Source of the DNA: Rhizaria sp. SCN 62-66 | Taxonomy: Eukaryota | Length of the DNA stretch: 64,000 nt | NCBI GenBank assembly: GCA_001724265.1 | Contig: MEDY01000131.1 | Coordinates: 1 to 64,000, forward strand | Direction of reading: 5' to 3' | Part shown: in pieces, positions 11,063 through 23,109 of the stretch | How positions within the stretch are numbered: position 1 is the first letter of the stretch | Layout: every line of letters begins with the position of its first letter | Notes under the pieces: generated by a model | Database searches by the model: none | Told to the model about the DNA's origin: nothing | The model's input: only the letters and a program-made list of their open reading frames with translations | Translations under genes and position numbers: made by a program

Positions 11063-14000
11063 TTACTTCTTCTTGACCACCGTCACATGCTTATGCACCA
11101 CATGCGCAGCCGCCGGTGTCACGTGCACCCCATGTGTACCGTGGGTACCCGCGCCAGCAGCACCAGTGGCGCTTACCGACGCCGACAGCGCAGACATGAA
11201 CGTCCTGGCCACGGGCACAGTCGCGGGCAGTGCACGGAGCTCGATACTCGGACCCGGAGACTGCGACTGCGACTGCCACAGTTGCTGTTGCGTGGCGAAA
11301 GCGGGCCCAGTGGCAGCGGTGCTGGCGCCGCGGGCCTGGACCTTGCTCACGGTCACCGCAGCGGCGGCGGCAGCGGCGGGGGCAGCAACAGGAGCGAAAC
11401 CAGCGGCACCAGTAGTGCTCGCCTTACCACTATGCGCAGTGTTGATGACGCTGACGTTATCGGCGATCGACGCGTTGCTCGCAACAGTGCTGCCGCTGCT
11501 ACCGATGCTGAGAGAAGACGGCAGTGCGCGCATCGACACCGTCGTGTCCACGCCCACTGCAACCACACTACTCCCGCCGACCACCGCCGGGCCAGAGGAA
11601 GCTAAGCCACCACCAGTACCAGTGACCCCCGCGTTGCTAGCGCGGCCGCCGATGGTGACCATGAAGGTGCCTGCAGCCGGCACGGGCCCCGCGGCGGCGG
11701 CGGGCACGGCGAGACCCGCGATGTTGACGCTGTGGTCGTGTGCGATGACGTGGGGCGCGGAGAGTCGGTCGACGCCGGTGACGGCGGGCCGGTAGCGGTC
11801 GTTGCTGTTGTTGTTGCTGATACTACTGCTTTGGGTGGACAGAGCGGCGTAGCGAGCGGGAGCGGCGGCGCCAGAGGCAGTAGAAGCGGGGCCGGAGGAA
11901 ACGACAGCAGAGCCGGCGGGACCGTATTTGTTGTCGGTGTAACTGCCGAAGCGAGTGGGGCCATCGAACGCACGGTCACGCTCGCGCTCACGGTCACGCT
12001 GCTGCTCACGGTCGCGGTCGCGGTCGTCAAAACGTCCACGGTCACGAGCCTCACGATCACCGAAGCGCTGCCCACGGTCATTATCGCGGTCAGACGGGAA
12101 ATCACGCCTGTCAGAAGGGAAGTCGCGGCGGTCGTGGCTCGGACTGCGGGGATCGATGAAGCCGCCACCGCCGCCACCGCCGCGCTCACGGTCACTTGCG
12201 AAACGCTCACGGTCGCTTGCGAGGGGACTGCGGGGGTCAAAGGTGCTGAAACCGCCGCCACGGTGACCCATAGGTGTCTGCGCCGCCGAATGACCGTGAG
12301 CAGCCGAGAGACCGTGGGCACCACCGGTTCCGGACGCGCGAGCGTTCGGAGTGCTGACAGTGACAGTCACTGTGTTCTTCGCAGGAGTGCTCATGTTGTT
12401 GGCGCTGGTGGTGATGGTGTTGATGTTGGTGACGGTGATGGGTTTCATCGAGATGAACTCGTTATCACTCATCGTAACCGCGCTCGCACTCGCAGCATTC
12501 ACGCTCGCACTCGCTGGGTTGGTGCCCGCGGCAGGAGCACTGACAGCGTGAGAGCGTTGGTCACCCTTGGCGAGCAGAGGCGCGTTCACACTACTACTGC
12601 TGCTGTTGTTGTTGTTGTTGTTGTTGTTGTTGGCATTACTATTGCCGATGAAATAGTCGTCGTCGCCGCTGCTGCCGCCGCCGTCGTCGGCGTAGTTGCT
12701 GTAGCCGACATACTGCTGTTGACTGCTCGCAGACGCGGAGCTGTGCTTGCTGGGGTCGTTGCGGTAGTCACCGCTGCTCGCACCGCCATGGGCGACCCGT
12801 GTCACCTCCTCCCAGCTGGGCTCATTGCTCCGGCCGCTCTGCCTAGCGCCATCGTTGTTAACGCTGTGGCTAGATTGCTGCTGCTGCTGCTGCTGCTGCT
12901 GCTGAGGCTTGTTGTTACTACTGCTGTTGAGAGGGAGACTCGAGTACGAGCCGCCGCTGCTCGCTGCCGCGTTTGTGGTGAAATTGGAGTTGGTGGCGGC
13001 GGAGACCGTGGCGGGGGCGGGGGCGGGGGCGGGGGCGGGGACGCGGAGGGACGAGTAGGGGCCCGGCGGAGGCACGTAGACTGCAGGGCCGCGGGGGCCA
13101 CGCTTCTCCTTCTCGGCCTTGTCATCGAAGCTGCTGCCGCTGCCGCTGCCGCTACCGACGCTGTTGCTGGTGCCGCTGAAGCTACCGCTCGAGCTCGAGC
13201 CGCCGTTGTACACAGGACGCGGTCCAGGAGCCGCGACAGCAGCAGCAGCGGCAGGAGCAGGAGCGCTCATGGGTGAGGCAGCAACGCCGAAAAAGCCACC
13301 AGAGCCACTGGCAGCAGGAACACTGAAGAAACCGCCAGACGGGGGAGCTTCGGCCGCAGGACCGAAAAATCCTCCCGCGGCGCCACCAGTCGCCGCAACA
13401 GCAGATGCCGCAGCAGGCACAGTCGCATGTGCGGCCTTAGCGGTGCTTGCAGCCGCCGCCGCAGCAGCAGCAGCAGCAGTAGTCACAGGAACAACAGGAG
13501 CAGTGGCAGTGAAGCCAGGTTTCGTGCCTAAGAAGCCACTGCCAAAGCTGTCGCTCATGCTACTGCTATTATTGAAGCCATAACTCGGCGTCTGCGACTG
13601 TGCGGCGGGAGAAAAATGCGCCAGCATCTGCGTGACGGCCAGAAGTGCACGGTCCTCAAGCGCGTCCGCACGCGTGATCTTCAAGTACTTAAAGACGAGC
13701 GCGAGCACGCGTCCCTGCTGCTTAGGCGTCGACCACCAGTGCCAGAACGCGCCCACAGTCGCGTTCGTGGGCGCGTCCTTGAGGATCTTGTCAACGGACT
13801 TCGGCACCACATGCGCGACCAGCGGCACTGTCTTCACCGCAGCGAGTAAAGCTTTAGTGGCGCTGGCGTCATCGGTCCGCGCCGCCGTTTGACTGGCGGC
13901 GGGACTGGGAACGACACTGGCTGCAGTGAGCGCGGCGGCATCAGACTGCAGCGCTGTGAGTGCGCTCGCGGACGGGTGGCTCGCGCCGAGAGTCGCCAGC

Positions 14001-17000
14001 GTCGTCGTCACCGCGGCCAGCAGCGCGGCGATGGACACGGTCGCCACCGACTCGATCGAGACAGAGCCAGCGCCAGCAGATGAGGCCGACTTGACGGGCA
14101 GCGGCGCCGAGGAGGCCCACATGGACAGCGAGAACGCCTGCGGAGCGAGTGCGAGAGCGGTCAGCGGCGGCGGCGCAAGACCAGACCCGGGCGCAAGCGC
14201 ACTGAGCGCGGCGCGCGCGGCCTCGAGCGCCGGCAGAGTGAGTGCGTACGCACCGTTGGTGTGGTAGCTCTCCGCGGCCAACAGCGCGGAGGCGACAGCC
14301 AGCACGGGGTTGCTCTCAGCGGCAGCCTTAGCGGCGCTACTGCCAGATCCCTTAGAGCTGGGGGTGATGGACGCAGGTTTGGACTTTTTAGAAGTGTGTG
14401 TGATGTCGGCGTCGTCCTTCTTCGCGTCCCTCGCACTCGCCTTGCTGCTGGCCTTGGAACTGCTAGAGATCGAGCTCGAGCTGGAGCCGGACGACTTGTT
14501 TTTCTTGCGATCAGCCTTGCGATCAGCCTTAGCGCGCGTCTTCGCCGCCTTGGCCGCGAGGAAGGCCTCGAAGTCGAGCCCCATGATGTCGGCGTCGTCA
14601 TCATCCTCGCTGCTGGAGTCGCTCGCGTCGCCGATGATGCGCAACTGCTGCATGTTCTCCGCGGCGCTCGCCATCTGCGCAATTGTCGCAGCGACCTTGG
14701 CAGACACGCCGGAGCTGCTGCTCGCAGCAGTGTTAGCCGCAGCGTCGGCGTTGGCGTTGTTGCTGAACAGCGACCACTCGACCTGGCCGTTGCTCGCGTC
14801 AGCGTTCAGCGCCGCGTTCGCGCCCGTACTAGACCCAGAGTAGTCGAGCTCGGTGTTGGCGTTGTTGGCGTCGAAGTTGAGACTGAGCGCCTGCTGGATC
14901 TGCTGCTGCTGCAGCTTCCTCGCCGCCACAGCTTCTTGGAACCGGTCCAGCGTGGCCGTGCTGCGCTGCCGCACCTCAATCTCGGCGCTGTCAGTGCGCG
15001 CCGCGGCCGAGGCGAGGGAGCGGATGGTCGAGGGCAGCCACACCTTGAGCGGCGCGAACCGGCGCGGGTGGGACAACGCCGTCGGTGCCCCAGAGGACTC
15101 GCGGCCGAACCGGCTCAGGCCGCTCACACGGCCACCGGCAGAGGCGCGGTTTGCCGCCGAGAGCTTAGACTGCTGCTGCTGCTGTTGTTGTTGCTTTTGC
15201 TGCTGCAGTTGCTGCTTGCGGAGCTTGTTGATGCCACTTCTGCGGGTATTGTTGTTGTTGTCGTTCGACGCCGAGTCAGACTCGACGTCGCTGTCGTCCC
15301 CGAGCCAGCGCCGCATTGCGGCCGACTTGAACCCCCCCGGCGGGGCCAGACCGGAGGCGGCGGCCGCGGCGGCCTCGGCGGCTTCGGCGGCCTCGACCGC
15401 GGCGTTGACCATGTCAACCGCGGAGGACACAGCGGCGCGCGCGGCGGCACTGGCTTGGTCTGCGGCGAGCGCGGCGGCGCAGTGGGCGCGGAAGCCGTCC
15501 CGCGTCACGTGAGCCGCAGTCACCGCAGCAGAGCGAGTCAGAGTCACAGCACCCGCGCTGTGTGCACTCGCGTTGTGGTGGGAGAGCGCGTCGGCGATGC
15601 GGCCGGCGGCGCGGAGACCGGAGCAAAACGCGCCGGGCACTGTGGCGGGGTTGTAGCGGTACGTCGCTTCACCAGCGAAGAAAACCACATCACGACCCGC
15701 CGTCGCCGCAGCAGCATCACTGTCAGTGGCAGAGCAATCGTCAGCTGAGACGAGAAGGGGCGCGAGGGCAGGGATGGGGGCGAGTGCGTGGGTCAGCGAC
15801 ACAGCGCCGCCCTGCTCACAGTCGCCGCTCACGGTCACTGCCGCATTGGTGTTGGCGCGACAGTGGACGGGGACGCCGAGGCGCTGGAGCCGCGCAAGCA
15901 CACGTGAGTGAGCCGCACCGTTGTCTGCAGCGTTGTCTGCAGCGGCAGGGGCAGTGGCGACGCGAAGGGGCTCAGCAAGGACGTCGTAGTCGTCGCCGGA
16001 CGCACCGGGCGGGATGTAGCTGTAAGTACCGCGGCTGTAAGGGTCGCACGCCCAGTCGGTCACGTGCCAGTGTGACGGCGCAGGCACGACGCTTGCGGCA
16101 CCACTGATACCCGTGGCACCTGCGACGCTGGTGAGACGGACAGGGTGCGAAGTCGCAGCTTTCTTCGCGGCGACGGCGGTTGCTTCAGTGCCCGTGAGCG
16201 CGGCGGGGTCGTACTTAGCGTTATACACCGCCGAGCCGCCATGAGCGCCACTGCCGACTGCGAGCTGCAGCGGCTTAACTTGCGAGCGCGCGCTTCCGGC
16301 GTCAGTGTCGCTGTCAAAGATGCGGCGCAACACTGCGAGGCAGTCCTCCACGAGCCCCTTGCGCGCGCCATCAGCGTCAACACTCGCCGAGTCGCCGCCC
16401 GCTGTGAGAGAAGAAAGGCGGGCGGCGGTGGCGGGAGTGCTATACGGCGCGAGCGCGTGCGCGTCGACGCTGGTCATCGCGGCAACGGCGGCGGGAGCGT
16501 AGTATGCTGCGTCGCCTGCCAGTAAAGCGACGAGGACGTGCCGCTGCTGCTGCTGCGTGCCGGTGGACGCGGTCGCAGTCGCAGGTTCGCTGGTGTTCCA
16601 GAACTGGAAGAACCGACCCTGCCTCGCACCAATCACACTCTGATCACTGTTCTTGTTGTTCGCGCCAGAGTCAGAGTCAGAGTCGGCCCAAACGACGCCG
16701 AACATGTCGACCTTGTGCTGCCAAAACGGCGAGTCAAAGCACAGCACGACCTTGTTAAGCAGTCCAAAGCCGAGGCGTGCGATAGCGCCCTGCTTCCACG
16801 CCGGCAACGGTGGCGTAAAGCCCAGTGCGCCGGCCTGCAAGACGCCGAGCGGGACAGTGACCAGCACTGCGTCCGCCGCGATATCCTCGAACTCAGCCGC
16901 GCTCGCGTTCTTGCCGGTGAGCGTTGAGGTCGGAGTGCGGCGCACACGCACGGTGACTGCGGCGCTGCCACTCTTGTTTGCGGCCCAGTCGATGCTGACG

Positions 17001-20000
17001 ACTTCAGTGCCGAGCCGGACTGCGTCGTTGTTACTATTGCCGTTAGGCTCGTTAGAGCTGTTGTTGCGGTGTTGCAAGCGGGCGACTTCGGTGCCCATGG
17101 CGGCGACGAGGGGACCGTAGCCGCCACGCACCATCACGTGGCCACCGCGCCAGTCAAACAAGTCATCCTAAGCAGAGATAAAATAACAAAAATAGACAGC
17201 GATAATGTAAGCCTGAGAACGTAACACTTGAAGAATTTCTTTAAAATAACATAATCGAGTCAAATGGATAAGTTATAACATTCGGAATAAAACATGAAGA
17301 CAATATTGCGCGACGATGTAGCACAAAATGCGTACCTGGTCCCAGTGCGCGGCCGAGAGCGCGCGCAACGACGCCGCACTGCCGTACTCATAGTTCGCGC
17401 TCTGCCACAGAAACACGGCACGCGGGCTCGCCTGGCCGGGCTGCAGCGGCGTCAGCGCAGCGGCACGGGAAGCGCGCGCCAGTGCACCGTGTCCTATCGG
17501 CAAAAGACACAGCGCAACTTCGATCGCGCGCTCAAGGTTGCCGTTTCCGCCCCAATTGGCCGCGTTTTCATTGGCGCTCGCGCTGACACTCGAGACAGAG
17601 ACGGAGTCGGCCTCGGAGGGCAGCGGGGCGCGGCGGCAGGCCTCGGTAAAGAGCGCGCGGCAAAGCGCACTCGCGGCGCGCGCGGTCGTGAATACGGCGG
17701 CGACCGCGGCGGTGACCCGCGCCGGCACTGCGGTGACGACGAGGCGGACGGACTGTGCGAACGCGAGCGCGGCCTCAAGCGCGGCCTCGTCCTCATCCTT
17801 CACACTCGCACCCGCACGCGCGCTTGCGCTCGCACTGTTGGCGCTATTGGAGTTCGAGTCAGTCAAGTTGTTGGAGTTGTTGTTGCGAGTCGTGGTGAGG
17901 TAAAGACGGCGGCGCTCCAGCGCGCGCTTGGCGACGCCGGCGGCGCGGACCGCGGCAGCGACACTGAGCCCCGCGGCCGCGCAAAACGCCGCGGGCCCCG
18001 CGCTCTCGAGCAGTTCCACCGCGGCGGCCGGAGCAGACCGGAGCGCGGTGTCGGCGACGGCGGCGCAGGCGGCGGCGTGGACATGGTAGAAGAGCTGCTG
18101 GTCAGTGCGCAGCCACTTGCGCTCAGCGTCGGCGTCGCCGGCGGCTGCGGCGGCCTTTTCGCCGCTCTCGTCGTCCGCCTCGTCCTCGGCATCATCACCA
18201 GCGGCCGCGGAGTCATTAGCGTCGTCGCTGGCCACAGAAGCAGCAGAGGTGACAGCCTCGGCGGCGACGGCCTTAAACAGACTCTCAAGCTCGGCCTTGA
18301 CGGCGTTGACGCGCGCAGTCTCACTCTCCGCATCATCACCAACGCCGTTGAGCGGCCCCGTGTAGCTCCCGCGCGCGACCGCTGTGGCAAGCGCTGTGAA
18401 CACCTCAACGCGGCGCTGCTGCGGCAGAGCGGCGACGGCGCGGACGGCGGGGTTGGCGCGGGCAGAGGCGCGGGCCGCGCAGAACGCGTGGGGGAACCCG
18501 CGGTTGTAGCTCATGATGCGGTCTTCGTACAGCGCGTGTTCCTCGCCAACCGCAGCCACAGAAACAGCAGCAGCGCTCGAGTCGCGACTACTCTCAGTGG
18601 TGTTGGCCTTATTGGTGATGGTGACTGTGGCTGGGTCGCTGCGGAGACCGAGACCGAGCGCGAACCGCACGACGGCGCCCTCAGTGGCCATCGCCGACGG
18701 GTCGACGTAGTAGCGGCGCGCGGCGCGGTTGCCCGCGCGCATGGCCGCGGTGCCGTCGAGAGCCAAATCGTGGAGCGCAAAGGCCCAGGACTGCAGCGCA
18801 GGGGGAATCTCCTGCCCACCAGCACCCGCAGAAACCATGTTGTTGCTCGTATCATTGTTGTTGCTGTTGTTGTGGCGAGTGGTGGAGAGTTCGAAGAGCG
18901 GGCAGTAGGGGTTCACAGGGTGCACTGCGGCGGTCAGTGATGCCGTCATGTCGCTGGCCTGGGGCAGCTCACCGCCGGCCACCGCGTGGGTCTGGCGGCA
19001 CAGCACCGTAACTGGGTTGCCGACCAGGCCGGTGATGATGCTAGCGCCCAGGTCAACCGCCGCGCCGGAGTGGGCGCTAGCGCAGACGCGGCCGACACGG
19101 GCCGCCGCGCTCTCGGAGCCAGAGCCCAGGCTCTCGATCAGGATATCGCTGTCAGACATCTGAGTGCTGCTGGTATTGCGGTCGTTTGCGGTGTCAAAGA
19201 TTCGGGCGCCGCCGTTGCCGTTGTGGTTGCCCGCGAAGCCGGAGCCCGCGGCGGAGTCACGGGTCTCCAGGTCGGTGACCGTGAGCACGCGCCCGCCGAG
19301 CCTGTCGCGCGCCTCGACCACGGTCACTTTGGCGCCCAAATGAGTCAGGTGCAGCGCAGCGGAAAGGCCAGCGGCACCAGCGCCAATGACGACAACGTGC
19401 TGACCCACAGAATTGCTCTTGTGCGCTGCGCTTGAGTCCGCGGTGACGAGAGCACCGAGTGACGCCGCGGCAGTGTCTGCAGTGTTCTTAGTCTCACCAT
19501 TCTCGCCACCGCCACCACAACGCGCCTGGGGCAGAATGCCGGTGTTGATGTAGCCGTGGCGCGTCAGGAACAGGTACATCTTGACCAGTGCGCCGCGCAG
19601 AGGGTGCACCGCAGATAAATCCTCCGCGTCGCCGGCCACTTGCGTGCCGTCAATGTCAGCCGTAACTGCGGCGAGCAGCGCGGCGCCGTGCTCGACGGGC
19701 ACTGGCGCGGTGGCCTCGCGGGCCTCGAACGCACGGTCAGACGCCGCGCGCGCATCAGCAGTACGGTTGCTCTTGGCAGAACTCCCACTGTTAGCTCCGT
19801 CATCGCCGCCGTTGTTATCGCCATCGTTGTCGTTGAGAAAATCGGAGTTGGGGTCCGGGATGCTGCTCTGCGCGCGCACCGCAGCCTTGACTGCGGGCAG
19901 ATGGTGGCCTAACAAGTCCGCCGCAGAGACGGCACCGCTCGCGACGGCGGCAACGGCGGCCTTAGCAGCAGCCTGCGCCTTCACGGCCGCGGCCGTGGCG

Positions 20001-20740
20001 GCGGCGTCGTTGACGTCGGTCGCCGAGGCGGCGGCGGCGGCGGCCTCACTCTCAGCCCATTGTGCAGCGGCCACGAGCTCTGCCCGGCGCGCGTTCAGCG
20101 CCAACGCGGTTTGCTCCGCCGCGGCCCACAATGTGCAGGGCCGAAGCACGTTACTCTGCCACGCGGCGCAGACGGCGTTGCGCAACAGCACAAACGCGTC
20201 GGCGGCCGCAGATGCGGTCAGGGCGCGCTCGCGGAGAGTCTTAAGGCCGGCAACGGTCGGGATGGGGAGATACAGTGAGTCCAGCGGCGCGCTCGCAGTT
20301 GAGCTGACAGTGTTAGATGAAGTAGAGATTGCACAAGGAGGGAACAAAGCGAGCACATGGGGCGGCGCCGAAGCAAGCAGTGCGCGGACACTGGCGAGCG
20401 TCGAGGGCAGGACCAGACCGGCGAGAGAGTGCTTCGCAGCAGTGGCCGACGACGACGACGAGTCAGTAGAGTCGGTGGCTGTGACTGCCTTGTTGTGGAG
20501 AGCGAGGCACTCATCAATGCAGTAGACAAGCGTGTCGAGGAACTGCGTGGGCAGCGGCAGCGGTGCAACGAGCGGGGCCGCAACGGGCGGCAGCAGCTCG
20601 GGGAGACACTCCCACTCAAGCGGGGAAACGTCGGCGGCGCGAAGACCGCACGCGGTGGCGGCGTCGGCGTGGCGCTGCGGCACAGGCACGCCGCGCCAGG
20701 AGCGAAGCAATGACAAGCGAGACGCGGTGGGGTGCGGCAT
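11063..20740 (-). CDS. KDM1: LSD1/KDM1-like FAD-dependent lysine demethylase (SWIRM-like + amine oxidase) with very large insertions, ~3169 aa
   Basis: Exons 20740-17336 and 17167-11063; intron 17335-17168 (GTACGC...CTTAG) joins HWDQ|DDLF. Motifs: LRNAVCAAW...YLFLTRHGYINTG (SWIRM-like), VVVIGAGAAGLSAA, EARDRLGGRV, DLGASIITGLVGNPV, ANYEYG, ADAVLVTVPLGVLQ, GFGLLNKVVLCF, WACDPYSRGTYSY, FFAGEAT...PATVPGAFCSGLRAA; stop TAA. Confidence 0.9.
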
Positions 20741-21544
20741 GCGGGGCGCGGGGAGTGGGCGGTGAAGCCAGTGACAGGCTGGGGGTTGTTACGGGCGGCT
20801 AGAGAGGGATGTGAAGAGGGGAGTGGCAAGCAAGAGCCAAGAAGCTGTGTTACCTGGGCAGACGCAAAGGAGAATACATGGAGATAGATGTGAGGCGTAA
20901 AAACGGCGGTGCGTTTTGAGAATAAAAAAACCCACTCGGAACTCACCTGACGTGCGCAGAGGTTAGTATCAGAAAGACTAGAGGGTTCGCGATCGAGATT
21001 CGGGTGAATGGACAGATGCTCTGTCATCCCGGCGCAAGTCGCAAAGGAGCAACGAATTCGCAAAGATAGACTCCGATAATAGCGTCAGCACACTGGGATG
21101 ATATAGCCTGGTGCGCAAACTTGAAAATGGTAAATGACGATCTCGTGTTCAGTGCGTGTAAAGGGCTATAATTCAAAGTTTACTGTGGTCGCCGACGAAA
21201 ATCATTTTGGTGAGCGGGAGATGCTTTTTTCGGGCCGACCGATCTGTCTACTTTTGTCAACGTTGAGTGACATCGATATCTTCACAAAAACGCATACAGT
21301 GTTATGTGTAATTAGAACAAGTGGTGGGATGTCCTGTTTTGTCTTCCATATCTTCGTACGCTGCTCTTTGACGGAGCTCTGCACTCAACAATCCAACCAT
21401 CCCCACGTGCTTTCGCTCACCTATCTCGCTCTTCTCCCTCTGCCTGCATTGCTTAGCTCGCGACACCAGGTCCAACCAGCGCTCCGCTATCGCCTAGCAA
21501 ACAGTTCGGACAGCCGTCACCGCCGCTCGCTTGACTTCACCAGC

Positions 21545-22842
21545 ATGTTCTCAATGCTGACGCGCCCCTTCGCGCGCTCCGCCCTCGCTCCCTCCAGTCA
21601 GCCCTCCTCGCTGCATACCGCCGCCGCCGCTGCCGCGTCCTCGACCTCGCTCTTCACCAGCGCGACCGCTCTCGCCCGCGCCCTTACCAGCGCGTCTTTG
21701 CCGGCGACCGCGGCCGCGCGCGTCGGCCCGTCCCCTGCCTCTCTGCTCGCTGCCGCCGCCAACTCTGCCATTGGCCGCAGCAGTGGCGTCACCAGCAGCC
21801 TCATCAGCAATCACCGCCGCTTCTTCACCACCACCAACGCCCCCGCTGCTGCCACCAGCTCCACCACGGCCGCGCCCGCCTCCGCCGCCGCCCCCGTGGC
21901 CGCAGCGACTGAGTCTCTCTGGGATCGCGCCCGCACCGGTTTCTGGTCCTCCGGCATGAAGACTGCCCTGACTGGCTGGACAGCCTTCGCGACCACGCAC
22001 ACAGTGCTTTCACACGAGCCCATTCGCGAGCGCCTTATCGCCGCAGCCGGCTCCGAGGGCAAGTACCGCGTTGCGTTCGGCGCCCTCGCAGCGGCCATCG
22101 CTGGCACGCTGATGTTCCGCTTCTGGCGCACCCCTCTGGCGCAGCGCGGTCCCGTCATGCACAACTACGCCAAAGACAAGAAGTCGCTCTCGTTCGCGCT
22201 CATGGCCACCCTCAAGGCGCTCGGCGTCTTCTGCGTCACCGACGCCTACGTGTCGCCCGTGCCGAACCCGCTCGGCATCACGCTACTCGGCAAGGGTATC
22301 GAGCCTACGGACTCGCGTGCCATCCACGTACGTCACAACCACCAACGCAAAACTCATCATGTCACATCACTAAACCTAAGAATTCATGATGTTAATGAAC
22401 TCATAATTTAATGAAATCAAGCAAACGTGTGTATAGTCTAACTTAATTAATCAAATTCTTTTTGATTTTTCTACGATGTATATCTTTTGATCTATTTCTG
22501 GCTTCTTAGCGCAAGTACCAGGTGTACGGCCTGCAGCGCGTGACCCGCCACAGCGAGTTCATGGGCTACGGCATCTACGCCCTGGGTTCGCTCCTCAGCG
22601 GCCGCCGTCTCGCCGAGCTCGTTCTCTGGGGACTGCTCCCCGTCTTCGCCATCGCGGGCGCTATGCACCAGGAGACGCGTCAGCGCAAAGTTAAGCCGCA
22701 ACGCTTCTTCGATGAGACGTCGTTTATGCCGTTTGGCGCTGTGTTGGACGGACGTCAGTCGATGAGCAAGATCATGGTTGAGATCCCTGCTTCGGCTTAC
22801 GCTGCCGCATTCGTCATTACCGGCATTGTGTACTTCTATTAA
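21545..22842 (+). CDS. NnrU/Z-ISO-family membrane protein with probable mitochondrial presequence (371 aa)
   Basis: Exons 21545-22327 and 22510-22842; intron 22328-22509 (GTACGT...CTTAG). Motifs FATTHTVLSH..IRERLI, GLQRVTRHSEFMG, GAMHQETRQ, FFDETSFMPFGAVLDGRQ; the first ~120 aa are Ser/Ala/Arg-rich with no Asp/Glu; stop TAA. Confidence 0.8.
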
Positions 22843-23109
22843 GCTCGCAACGGTCAGCATAGCAGTGCCTCGTCTGCAGCGCTTGTTCTAGAGCGTATTA
22901 TTTATTCAAATGTTATTATCAATGTGTACTTTAATCTTATTGTCGTATCTCTAACTAATAATTGTTGTTTCTAACAATAAAACAAGGTATTTAAAAGCAA
23001 TATCATCCTTGAGTTTCTTTATATCGCATTTATACCTATTTCAAAATCTAAAGTACGTCGGCTAGCTTAAATAGCCGAGTCTAAGTAGCCGAGTCAGTCT
23101 TTAAACTAC

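Noticed and set aside
20218-21063. Overlapping upstream ORF and possible 5' intron (GTGAGT donor at 20946; acceptors at 20854 or 20799) before the LSD1-like gene
   Set aside because: Neither splice puts the upstream ATG (21027) in frame with the demethylase; probably 5' UTR, unresolved without cDNA.
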